Both the position numbers and the translations under genes were made by a program. A model generated the notes under the pieces. That model was not told the DNA's origin and did no database searches. It worked only from the letters and a program-made list of their open reading frames with translations. A stretch of 64,000 nucleotides of DNA from Mobula hypostoma (lineage: Eukaryota), in contig NC_086108.1 of NCBI RefSeq assembly GCF_963921235.1, forward strand, positions 113,090,001-113,154,000, in the 5' to 3' direction. Positions 51,229 to 62,600 of the stretch are shown piece by piece. Every line of letters starts with the position of its first letter. Position 1 is the stretch's first letter.

Positions 51229-51949
51229 TTGCCTTTTTTTTAATTATCTCCGTTGATCGGAGGCTGTGAATTGGTTGGTTTTAACTTTTCTGTGCCCTAT
51301 TTGGGCAGAAAAGTTTACTTTTGATTTCTTAATATGGCTGCTAAACTTTCTTTTTAACTGCGTCATTTCTTTCTTTTCCCAGGGGATTCTGGGTGGTTAC
51401 TTCCCTTTTGTCATCTTACGTATTTCCTGTGCGGCCTTAAATTTTGTAGTTTTTTAAAATTTTATTCTGTTTTGCTTTTTATAATCACTTTATGTTAATA
51501 ATCCTATTTTTTTTTGTTGCTGTGTCTATTCATGAGTTTGAGGTTTATTGTGGTTTTTTTTTAATATATATTTTCCGGCTTTTGTTCTGTTCTGTGTGTA
51601 TTTTAATTGAGCTAACTTTTTTTTACTTATTTTTTTACTGTTTTACAATTAGCTGATCCTTTTTATATTTATACCTTTTTTTTAGGGAGCGTATACCGGA
51701 AGTCATGGGGGTAGTTTTAGCGCTTGCTTCTTTCTGGCGGGTCTGCTTTAGATTTTGCCTTGGGGTCTTGGGGTGGGGGGTGGTGGGAGGGGCTTCACGT
51801 TTTAGTTTGTTTTTCTTTGGGCTATATACATTATTGAAGTACTGGTTGCGTCCTTTTCCCCGGTATCTTTTGTATGTTCTGTTTCCTCTCCGGGTTTGTG
51901 GGTCGCGCCTATTGTCAATCCTCCTTGTTGTGGGTTGACTTTAGGATTT

Positions 51950-54900
51950 ATGGAGTCTATTATTAATTTTGTCTCCTGGAATACTAATGGTCTTAATCAT
52001 CCTATTAAAAGGAAAAAAGTTTTTAAAGTGTTCCGGAGACTTAAAGCACAAATTTTATTTTTACAAGAGACCCATGTACGGAGGGGGGACAGACTACGTT
52101 TTTTCAAATTCTGGAAGGGACAACAATTTCATTCGAACTCCAATGCTAAGAGTCGAGGCGTCTCTATTTTTATAGATTCCTCAGTTACTTTTATACAACA
52201 GGATATTATCTCTGATCCGAATGGTAGATTTTTATTGGTTAGTGGTTTACTATTTAATAAAAAAGTAGTTTTGGTTAATGTTTATGCTCCTAATATGGAT
52301 TGTCCGGAATTTTATAAATCATTGTTTGATCAGTTTCCGAATTTGAACGAGTTTTCATTGATTTGGGGCGGAGATCTTAATACCTGTTTATCTCCAGCTT
52401 CGGACTGTTCGGCTCCTTTACGGACTTTACCTAATAAATCTGCAAATTTGATTAATTTTTTCCTTTCTGATTCTGGGTCGACGGACATTTGGCGTTTTCT
52501 GCATCCTCAGGAAAAAGATTTTTCCTTCTTTTCACATGTTCATCATTCCTATTCAAGAATTGATTATTTTTTCATTGATTCTCGTCTCATTCCTTCAGTG
52601 ATTAAATGTGATTATGATTCTATAACCATTTCGGATCATGCTCCACTTAAGCTTTCTATTAAAATTATGGCCAATATACCAAACAATAGACAATGGCGTT
52701 TTAATTCGCTGTTGCTTCAGGACTCGGACTTTGTTAATTTTATGAATGAACAGATTGAGCTTTTTTTTACAATTAACCATACAGAAGATATTTCGGTTAA
52801 CACTCTTTGGGACACTTTTAAAGCCTATATTCGGGGTCAGATTATTTCGTATTCCGTTGCTTTGAGGAAGAAGCAGAAGCAGGAGGAGATGGCAATTGTG
52901 GACAAGATTAAAGAAATTGATAAGAAATATGTTATGGCTCCTTCTGAGGAGCTATACAAACAAATGGAACACAGTTTACTACTCTCGTCCTCGATTGTAA
53001 ACCAATTAAAGAAAACAAGAAGTGATTTTTATGTTCACAGTGATAAAATTGGCAAGCTGCTGGCTAATCAATTGAAATCTAATTATGTTAAATCTCAAAT
53101 CAATCAGATTTATAACCAAAATGATCGATTGATATTGGATCATGTGGGGATTAATCAAACCTTTTGTGATTTTTATTCTTCTTTATATCAATCAGAGTCT
53201 CCTCGAGATTCTAAATATATGAATGATTTTTTAGATAAGTTAGACTTCCCTCAGATTTCACAGGATATGTCTTCTTTATTAGATACTTCCATTACAATGG
53301 ATGAGATTAAGAATGTTATTTTTTCTATGAATCTGGGGAAAGCTCCTGGCCCTGATGGGTTTACCGTTGAATTTTATAAATGTTTTGCTTCTTTATTGAT
53401 TCCTTGGCTCTATAAGGTTTTTGAGGCTTCTTTGAAACTTGGTAAACTTCCGGAATCTTTTAATAGAGCATCAATTTCTTTAATACTAAAGAAGGATAAA
53501 GACCCTGCTCAATGTGCATCTTATAGACCAATATCTTTATTAAATGTTGATTCTAAAGTTTTTTCTAAGTTATTAGCAAATAGACTAGAAAAAGTACTTC
53601 CTTCTATTATTTCGGAAGACCAAACGGGTTTTATTAAAGGTCGTTACTCTTTTTATAATATTCGTACATTGTTAAATATCGTTTATACTCCCTCACAAAA
53701 TGTTCCTGAGTGTGTTATTTCTTTAGATGCCGAGAAAGCTTTTGATAGAGTAGAATGGCCTTATTTATTTAAGGTGCTTGAAATGTTTAATTTTAGCTTG
53801 AAATTTATATCCTGGATTAAACTGTTATATCACTCCCCTGTAGCCTCGGTTCGTACTAACTCTTTAAACTCACCTTTTTTTCCTCTCTTTCGTGGTACTC
53901 GACAAGGCTGTCCTCTTAGTCCCCTATTATTTGATATTGCATTAGAACCTCTTGCAATTGCTATTCGAGAATCTTCAAATATTACTGGGATAACTCGGGG
54001 ATTAAAGTCCCATAAATTATCACTCTATGCTGATGATTTACTTTTATATATTTCTAATCCTGAGAGATCCACTCCTGCTGTTTTAGAGTTATTAGCACAA
54101 TTTGGTCTTTTCTCAGGTTATAAATTAAATCTTAGTAAGAGTGAACTTTTCCCGATTAATAAACATCTTCCCTTATATTATAAATTTCCATTTAAATTGA
54201 TTAATAATTACTTTTCATATCTTGGGATTAAAATTACTTGTAAACATAAAGATTTATTTAAGACTAACTTTTTACCATTAATAGACCATATTACTCAACT
54301 TTCATCTAAATGGTTTCCCTTATATTTAACTTTGATTGGTCGTATTAATGCAGTTAAGATGTTTTTTTTGCCAAAATTTTTATATGTGTTTCAGGCATTA
54401 CCAATTTTCGTTCCTAAATCTTTTTTTGATAAAGTTGACTCTAAAATTTCTTCATTTATTTGGCAGAATAAGAATCCGAGACTGGGTAAAATACATTTAC
54501 AGAAAGCTAAGAGAGATGGAGGTTTAGCATTACCTAACTTTAGATTTTATTATTGGGCTATTAATATTCGACATATGAAATTTTGGTTACTTGACCGGGA
54601 CATACTATCTATTCCTAAATGGGTAGCATTGGAATTACAATCTGTTCAGGGTTATACACTTGGTTCTATTTTAGGTTCCTCTCTTCCTTTTGATTCGAAA
54701 CGCCTTAAGCAGGTCTCTAACCCGATAGTTAAATATGCTTTGCGCATTTGGTTTCAATTCAGAAAATTTTTTGATCTTAATCAATTCGGGTTAGCGATTC
54801 CTATTTTAGGTAACATATTTTTTCCTCCCTCTTTTACGGATCGCGCTTTTCAAACTTGGAAGACTAAGGGTATTTTACGGTTTTTGGATTTATTTTTAGA

Positions 54901-55711
54901 TGGTTCCCTTATGTCTTTTGAACAATTATCTAATAAATATAACTTATCAAGAATACATTTTTTTAGATATTTACAAGTTAGAAATTTCCTAAGTACTATA
55001 CTTTCTTCCTTTCCAATGCTTCCTCCTATATATATTTTAGATTCGATAATTAACCTTAATCCATGTCAGAAAGGTGCATCGGCTATGATTTATAATATTA
55101 TTATGAAACTTAGGAAAGCTCCATTTGATAAGATTAGGGTAGATTGGGAACAGGAATTGGGGCTTACCATTTCTGTGGATGATTGGGGGCAGATTTTACA
55201 ATTAGTTAATACTTCCTCTATTTGTGCTAAACATTCCCTAATTCAATTTAAAGTGGTTCATAGAGCACATATGTCCAAAGATAAGTTAGCGCGTTTTTAT
55301 TCGCATATTAATCCTTTCTGTGATAGATGTTCGGGGCAGATAGCCTCTTTAACTCATATGTTTTGGTCTTGCCCTACTTTGGAAACTTTTTGGAGAGATA
55401 TTTTCAATATTATTTCTAAGGTATTAAATATAGATATCTCTCCTCACCCTATTACTGCTATCTTTGGACGACCTAAAATTTCTAGTAATCTTTCCCCTTC
55501 AGCCCGTAGAATGATTGCATTTCTTACTTTAGTGGCGAAAAGATGTATTTTACAACATTGGAAAGAGCTTAATGCTCCAACTACCTTTTTTTGGTTTTCT
55601 CAGACGATTTTATGTTTGAATTTGGAGAAAATTAGAAGTAACCTTTATGATTCTTCATTTAAATTTGAACAGATTTGGGGACCTTTTATTCGATATTTTC
55701 ATTTAATGTAA
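51950..55711 (+). CDS. L1 ORF2p (APE endonuclease, reverse transcriptase, Cys-rich C-terminus), 1253 aa from first ATG, open
   Basis: SWNTNGL, FLQETH, GGDLN, YSRIDY, SDHAP (EN). YRPISLLN, LDAEKAFD, RQGCPLSP, LYADD (RT). CDRC...HMFWSC at the C-terminus. Confidence 0.96.
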   Translation: MESIINFVSWNTNGLNHPIKRKKVFKVFRRLKAQILFLQETHVRRGDRLRFFKFWKGQQFHSNSNAKSRGVSIFIDSSVTFIQQDIISDPNGRFLLVSGLLFNKKVVLVNVYAPNMDCPEFYKSLFDQFPNLNEFSLIWGGDLNTCLSPASDCSAPLRTLPNKSANLINFFLSDSGSTDIWRFLHPQEKDFSFFSHVHHSYSRIDYFFIDSRLIPSVIKCDYDSITISDHAPLKLSIKIMANIPNNRQWRFNSLLLQDSDFVNFMNEQIELFFTINHTEDISVNTLWDTFKAYIRGQIISYSVALRKKQKQEEMAIVDKIKEIDKKYVMAPSEELYKQMEHSLLLSSSIVNQLKKTRSDFYVHSDKIGKLLANQLKSNYVKSQINQIYNQNDRLILDHVGINQTFCDFYSSLYQSESPRDSKYMNDFLDKLDFPQISQDMSSLLDTSITMDEIKNVIFSMNLGKAPGPDGFTVEFYKCFASLLIPWLYKVFEASLKLGKLPESFNRASISLILKKDKDPAQCASYRPISLLNVDSKVFSKLLANRLEKVLPSIISEDQTGFIKGRYSFYNIRTLLNIVYTPSQNVPECVISLDAEKAFDRVEWPYLFKVLEMFNFSLKFISWIKLLYHSPVASVRTNSLNSPFFPLFRGTRQGCPLSPLLFDIALEPLAIAIRESSNITGITRGLKSHKLSLYADDLLLYISNPERSTPAVLELLAQFGLFSGYKLNLSKSELFPINKHLPLYYKFPFKLINNYFSYLGIKITCKHKDLFKTNFLPLIDHITQLSSKWFPLYLTLIGRINAVKMFFLPKFLYVFQALPIFVPKSFFDKVDSKISSFIWQNKNPRLGKIHLQKAKRDGGLALPNFRFYYWAINIRHMKFWLLDRDILSIPKWVALELQSVQGYTLGSILGSSLPFDSKRLKQVSNPIVKYALRIWFQFRKFFDLNQFGLAIPILGNIFFPPSFTDRAFQTWKTKGILRFLDLFLDGSLMSFEQLSNKYNLSRIHFFRYLQVRNFLSTILSSFPMLPPIYILDSIINLNPCQKGASAMIYNIIMKLRKAPFDKIRVDWEQELGLTISVDDWGQILQLVNTSSICAKHSLIQFKVVHRAHMSKDKLARFYSHINPFCDRCSGQIASLTHMFWSCPTLETFWRDIFNIISKVLNIDISPHPITAIFGRPKISSNLSPSARRMIAFLTLVAKRCILQHWKELNAPTTFFWFSQTILCLNLEKIRSNLYDSSFKFEQIWGPFIRYFHLM

Positions 55712-56715
55712 TATTTACCCTTCTTGTTTTTTTTTCACTGTTATAATGGAGGTCGGGATTGAGGACGTGATTTTAAGTTTAACTCTGTTTGGTTTCAAGT
55801 TAGCCCATTGCTTTGCTTTGCTTTTAGTTAGCTGCACGGTGGGTTTTTTTTGGGGGTTTTTTTTTTCTTTTTTTTCCATTGATATATATAAAATTTAGTA
55901 TACTATTACGTTATCTTGGTTTCTTATGCTTAAATTACATTGTTTGTAGTATTTTCTTTTTGGTATTGTTATCTTTTGGAATTTTATTATACTTTAACAT
56001 TGTATTAATGTTTATATGGCTTACCTTTTTTGTATACTTACTTAATAAAAAGATTTAAAAAGAAAGAAAAAAGCTGAAATGGAATTTACATCCAACACTG
56101 GTGTAGGCAGCTCGTCCCACACCTGCAGCATTGTCTGAGCAAGGATGTTTCCCCTTAAGTCTTGGAGGTTTTCACAAATAAAAACAGGGGAGTGCTTTAT
56201 GTTTAAGAAAAACCAGAACATCTCACTTATTGTATTCCAAACACTGAACACAAAGAGCAGTAACAATCCTTTATGTCATCACGTCAGAACAGCATCTTAA
56301 AGTGAACCCCAACTCAATGTCGGTGGTTGTGCATTATGTATGTTTCCACCAATTATGTTACCCTACACAGAAACCCCCCCCCCCGCCCCCCAGAATTCAC
56401 TAAGATCAGCAGTGTGAGCGTGACCGGAGCTGGGATGAGCAACCCGGCTTGGGTCCTACGTTCCTCAGGCAGAGGCCCCTGACTCATCAAGAGATGTGTT
56501 GAGATGCACATGGTCACGTTGTGACACCAGGGACATGATAGCGGAATTCTCCCAATCTTTGTATATCATTTTAAAGCATTCTACTGGAACACATTCAGAG
56601 TTACCCCTCTTATCTATGATAAAAGTCTTTTTTTCCCCATTCCAAAACATGGAACAGGCCATCGTTAAGAAGGCCTAAGGGGACGTTAGTGTGCATCATG
56701 GCGGATGAAAACAAG

Positions 56716-57187
56716 TGTAGGGCTCTCTGTAATACTAGACGGACTGTTAACTGTTAATCGCTTATTACCAAAATGGCTTCTCTGAGGTGTTGTATTAAAA
56801 TGGCTTCTCGTACTGTTAACTGCTGAGCAAGGGGTTCCCTGTACCAGCATGTTTGGGTTATACAATGTGATAATGGAAACTGTATTGATTTGATAGCCAA
56901 TGGAAGCCATGTTCTGTTATGTTCCGGAGTCTCAGAAGGACGTTGTGGATGGAATCGGAAGTGTGAGCTCCAACGTATTAAAATATTATGTGTTAAGTTA
57001 CTTATGTGGCGCCTTTTCTTTTAGTTGTTGCTACTAACCCATCACCAAAATTTGCTATAACGTATAATTCTTTACTCGCGCTTTGTATATTGTTTCATAT
57101 TTGTGTCGTGGCTGATCATTGGGGGACTCACACCTTATCCGCACCAAAGCATTTGCCCCCACTGACTCCCGTTGCCTAGGATGAATA
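56716..57187. mobile_element. LTR-like insertion inside the Gypsy integrase region
   Basis: About 470-bp block starting TGTAGG that interrupts otherwise continuous Gypsy coding remnants. No clean TSD. Confidence 0.4.
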
Positions 57188-59157
57188 GGTGGAATGTAAG
57201 TCAACAGGAACCCTAGAGTGCTATACACCATGTTAGGAGGTAGGAACAGGTGCAAAGGAATCGAATTTACTGAGGAGGGTGGAATGCCGTTGAGAAGCCA
57301 ACCAGGCAGTTGTGACATCAGGTGTAAAATCACCTGGCACTTGTAATGGCTGTCCATATACCAATTCAGCTGCAGCTGTTCTGAGCCCCAGCAGTACGAC
57401 CATGCTAAAGACAGCCTTTAAGGAGCAGGGAAAACTAGGCCATTGGACTGCGGGTGACACGCAATGGTCTGATTTAGCCTAACGCTGAGGTTCTGGGCTA
57501 TTACAGCCCAGAGGTCTGCGGTCAGAAGAAATATCACATAGGGTGCCAAACCGAACAACCCATTTGCTGCTGAATGCCCGAGCCATGTCTGCAGCCATCG
57601 TCGATGCTAGAGGGACAACCTCTGGCCACCACGGTAAGGAGGTGTGTCAAACCGCGAGAGGGGGGAAGAGGACCAACATTGATGTGGTCAAACCGTCGCT
57701 CAGGGACTTACAAAAGGTGCCAATGGTGCCTGAACATGACGGTTTAATTTTTGCCCACTGGCACTCCACACAGGCTGCAGTCCAATCACGTAGGTCCTTA
57801 CTAAAGCCGCGCCAAGCAAACATTGGTGCAGCCAGTTTCTGGGAGGCCTTCCAACCTGGATCCAACGTATGGAGTAGTAAACAGTCTGTCTCCAGTTTGC
57901 GGGCACTATGGGGCAAAGGCAACCGGTTGAGACATCCCACAGGAGAGAAACCCCAACTTCCCCGAACTTAATGTCAGCCAACCACAAGCCAGTGAGTGCT
58001 GTTCAGTAAGCCCGGACCTCTGGGTTAGTAACTTGGTCAGCTGCTGTGCCGGAATTGTCAACCCCTATGTGTACGGTCTCACTGCTGGCCATGAGAGGCA
58101 ATCAGCCATGGCATTATTTTTCCCCTTGATATGTTGTATATCCGTTGGGAGCTCTGATATGTGGGCCAGGTGGTGTTGCTGCCATGCAGACCAAGGGTCT
58201 GATATTTTGGCCATCATGTGCATGAGGTCAACAAACACTGTGAAATGGTAACCCTCTAGCAGAACAAGTAAAATGGCAAAGAGCCAGACAGAGAATGAGA
58301 AGCTTATGGTCAAACGTGCTGTACTTCCTTTTGGGGGGGGGGCGCGGAGTCTGAAGTGTCAGTAGTAATGGCTATGGGTGCATTAGAGAGTGGGTCCGCC
58401 AGTTGCATCATTTTATAAAGAGCTCATTTGGTATCATCAAATGCCCCGGTCATGTACACTGACCAGTCAACATGTGATTAGGGGTATTGGCTTTAGGTGC
58501 ACTTTACAGGGGAAGCATACGTTTAGCAGCTCATGAAGTGAAGCATTGATAGAAATTCACCATAACTAAAAACTCCGGTAGATTTTTGTAGCGCGGGCCA
58601 GTGGGAATGGTGGGTAACTTTGATGGAAGGGGTTTTGTACCTTCTGGGGATATGCGATGACCAAAAAAATCAATGCTCGACAGCCCAAACTGGTATTTAG
58701 CAGGGTTGGCATAAGCGCTCGAAAAGTGTGCGGAGATGAGATACATGTTTGGATTTGGACACATTAGTGACAAGCATGTCATCCAGGCAAACAAAAAGAA
58801 AATCTAAGTCTTTTAATACAGAGTCCAAGAGCCGTTCCACATTCTGTGCTGCATTTTTCAGCCCAAGTAGCATGCATAGAAACTCAAAGAGACGCATCAG
58901 GGTTGTCATAGCCATTTTGGGAATGTCTTCCAGGCACACAGATACTTGCTGGTAGCCCCAACTTGATCAAATTAAGAAAAAATCAACTTTCTGGCTAAAC
59001 GAGCTGAAAAGTCTTAGATGTGTGGGAATGGGTAACAGTCAGGGGTGGTGATCTCGTTTTTGGAGTTGGTAGCTGCCACATAGGCTGCAACCACCATATG
59101 GAGGGGCGAAGCCCCGGGGCTATTCAACTCGCATACGATGCCAAGTCTTTCCATGTT

Positions 59158-59694
59158 GGAGGAAAGACATCTTTGCCATAGAGGGAGTACAAAGAAGGTT
59201 CACCAGATTGATTCCTGGGATGGCAGGACTTTCATATGAAGAAAGACTGGATGAACTGGGCTTGTACTCGTTGGAATTTAGAAGATTGAGGGGGGATCTG
59301 ATTGAAACGTATAAGATCCTAAAGGGATTGGACAGGCTAGATGCAGGAAGATTGTTCCCGATGTTGGGGAAGTCCAGAACGAGGGGTCACAGTTTGAGGA
59401 TAGAGGGGAAGCCTTTTAGGACCGAGATTAGGAAAAACTTCTTCACACAGAGAGTGGTGAATCTGTGGAATTCTCTGCCACAGCAAACTGTTGAGGCCAG
59501 TTCATTGGCTATGTTTAAGAGGGAGTTAGATATGGCCCTTGTGGCTACAGGGGTCAGGGGGTATGGAGGGAAGGCTGGGGCAGGGTTCTGAGTTGGATGA
59601 TCAGCCATGATCATAATAAATGGCGGTGCAGGCTCGAAGGGCCGAATGGCCTACTCCTGCACCTATTTTCTATGTTTCTATGTTTCTATGTTTC
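59158..59694 (+). mobile_element. 3' fragment of the same young CR1 family, nested in Gypsy
   Basis: Nearly identical to the reverse complement of 35664-36192; (CTATGTTT)3 tail. Confidence 0.92.
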
Positions 59695-60529
59695 ATGGTT
59701 CCTAGCTTTTCTGGGTCCAGTCAACATGTGCAGGCATGGACTGGCAGGCTAGTTGTAGAAATTTGATGCTTAATCCCATGTTTTATGATCGTAGTGGAGA
59801 ATGTGGACTTGGTGAGGTTTGGGAATTTGTCCAGCAGTCAAGTAAACTCACATGCGGTGAGTGAGACATGTGCTTGACAGTCATTGTGGGGAAGTTACGA
59901 GGGGAGCAGGGTTACGACCCAAAACCTTTGACATCCACAAGCCAGCATTTCTTAAGATTGACTAATAATCTTTGGGCACACAGGACATCTGCACTGAGCA
60001 GAGGTCTAGCCACTTTAGCTAGGACATAGTCCCATGTGTAATGTCCCCTGTCGTGTCACGTAAGTCTGGATCTTGCCCCCGTTGACGGCCTCCTATGAGG
60101 TTTTGTCACTCTTTGCCTTCTCATCAATAGGCGATGCCAGTAGTACGCTCACTTGAACACCTGCGCCACACAGAAAGTGTCACCCTAAAAGGGTGTCCGT
60201 AATGAATAGTAGACAACCCTGACAGCTGAAACCCACAGCGTTCGCAGATCTCTGATGTGCTGGCGGTGTCAAAGCTTAAAGGTGGTCAGCATTTCCTCGT
60301 GTTCATGCCAAAGTGAGCGTGATATATACAGAGGTTCGGCATTGTTTTGTAGCCGTGGGCATCCTTATGTTGAGGGCCTTGCTGACCAGGCTTATTGAGG
60401 TAGAGAAAGGAAGAGGAATGATGCGCCACTGCCTAGCTGAGTGTAGACTGTCAGCCATTTTAGCAAGCTCCCTATAGTCCTTCATGGGTGCATTAGCGAG
60501 GGCTAGGTGAACTTGATCAGGCATTTGAC

Positions 60530-62600
60530 CAAAGACCAAAGAATTAGGTCATTCAGCCCATCTGCTTCACCATTCCATCATGGCTGATCCCAGATCCCAC
60601 TCACCCCATACACCTGCCTTCTCGCCATATCCTTTGATACCCTGACTGATCAGGAAATATCAACTTCTGCCTTAAGTATACACACGGACTTGGCCTCTAC
60701 CACAGTCTGTGGTAGAGCATTCCACAGATTCACTACTCTGGCTAAAAAAAAATCCTTCATATCTCTGTTCTAAAAGGTCGCCCCTCAGTTTTAAGGTTTT
60801 GTCCTTTGGTTCTAGATTCACCCAGGAAGGGAAACATCCTCTCCACATCTACCCTATTTAGTCCTTTAAACATTCCATAGGTTTCAATGAGATCCCCAAG
60901 CATTCTTCTAAATTGTAGTGAGTACTGGTCTAAAGTTGCCAAATGCTCCTCATATGTTAACCCCTTCATTCCTGGAGTCATCCTCGTGAACCTCCTCTGG
61001 ACTCTCTCTCTATTGACAACACACTCTTGCTGAGACATGGAGCCCAAAACTATTGACAATACTCCTCTGCAGCCTGACTAGTGTCTTATAAAGGCTCAGC
61101 ATTATCTCCTTGCTTTCATATTCTATTCCCCTTGAAATAAATGCCAACATTGCATTTGCCTTCTTTACTACAGACTCAACCTGTATATTAAACTTCTGGG
61201 AGTGTTTCATGAGGACTCCTAAGTCCCTCTGCGCCTCTGATGTTTGAACCTTCTCCCCATTTAGTTAATTGTCTGCATTATTGTTCCTTTTACCAAAATG
61301 CATTATCATACATTTCCCAACGCTGTAATCCATCTGCCACTTTTTTGCCCATTCTTCCAATTTGTCTAAGTCCTGCTGCAATCACATTGCTTCCTCAGCA
61401 CTACCTACCCCTCCACCTATCTTCATATCATTCACAAACTTTGACACAAAGACATCAATTCCATTATCTAAATCATTGACAAACAATGTGAAAAGTAGTG
61501 GTCACAATAACGACCCCTGAGGAACACTAGTCATCGGCAGCCAACAAGAAAAGGCCCCTTTTATTCCCATTCATTGCCTCCTGCCTGTCAGCCACTCTTC
61601 CAGCCATGCCAGTATCTTTCCTGTAACGTCATAGAATTTTATCTTGCTAAGCAGCCTAATGTGTGGCACCTTATCAAATGCCTTCCAAAAATCCAAGTTA
61701 ATGACATCCACTGCTTCTCCTTTGTCCACCCTGCTTGTTACTTCCTTGAAGAACTCTAACAGATTTCCTTTACAGAAACCATGCTGACTTTGACTTATTT
61801 TATCATTTGTCTCCAAGTACCCCGAAACCTCATCCTTAATAATAAATTCAAACACTTTCCCAGCCTCTGAGGTTAGGCTAACTGGCCTATAATTTCCTTT
61901 CTTTTGCCTTCCTCCCTTCTTAAAGAGTGGAGTGACATTTGCAATCTTCCAGTCCTCCGGGACCATGGCAGAATCAAGTGATTCTTGAAAGATCTTCACC
62001 AATGCATCCATTATCTCTTCAGCAACCTCTCTCAGGACTCTGGGATGTAGTCCATTTGGTCCAGATGACTTATCCACATTAACACCTCTCAGTCTGCCTA
62101 TCACTTTTTTCTCTGTAATAGCAATGACACTCACTCCTGCTCCCTGACACTCACGGACCTCTGGCACCACAGTGAAGACAGAGGTAAAGTACCCATTAAG
62201 TTCATCTGCAATTTCTTTGTCTCCCATTACTACCACCCCAGCATCATTTTTCATACATCGAATTCACCTCCCTTTTACTCTTTATATAACTGAAAAAAAT
62301 GTTGGTATTAGCTAGATTGCCCTCATATTTCATCTCTTCCCTTCTTAAAGCTTTTTTAGTTGCCTTTTGTTGGATTTTTAAAACTTCCCAATCATTCAAC
62401 TTCCCAGTCACTTTTGCTGCCTTATATGCCCTTTCCTTGGCTTTTACGCAGTCCTTATCTTCCCTTGTCAGACACGATTGCCTACCCCTGCCTATTTGAG
62501 AGCTTCTTCCTCTGTGGGACATATCTATCCCGTGCCTTGTGAATTATTCCCATAAACATCAGCCATCTCAACTCTGCCATCATCCCTGCCAGTATCCTCC
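60530..62600 (-). mobile_element. Decayed CR1 ORF2, nested in Gypsy gag
   Basis: ORFs 61571-62254, 61010-61210 and 60757-61059 translate to CR1 RT and C-terminus. Confidence 0.88.

Larger units (their letters stand above)
50172..56068 (+). mobile_element. Full-length L1-clade non-LTR retrotransposon (copy 2)
   Basis: 15-bp TSD aaaagctgaaatgga at 50157-50171 and 56069-56083, at a TT|AAAA target. 5' end GGGAGACTTCCGG, ORF1, 721-nt spacer, ORF2, AATAAA and short A-rich tail. Confidence 0.96.
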
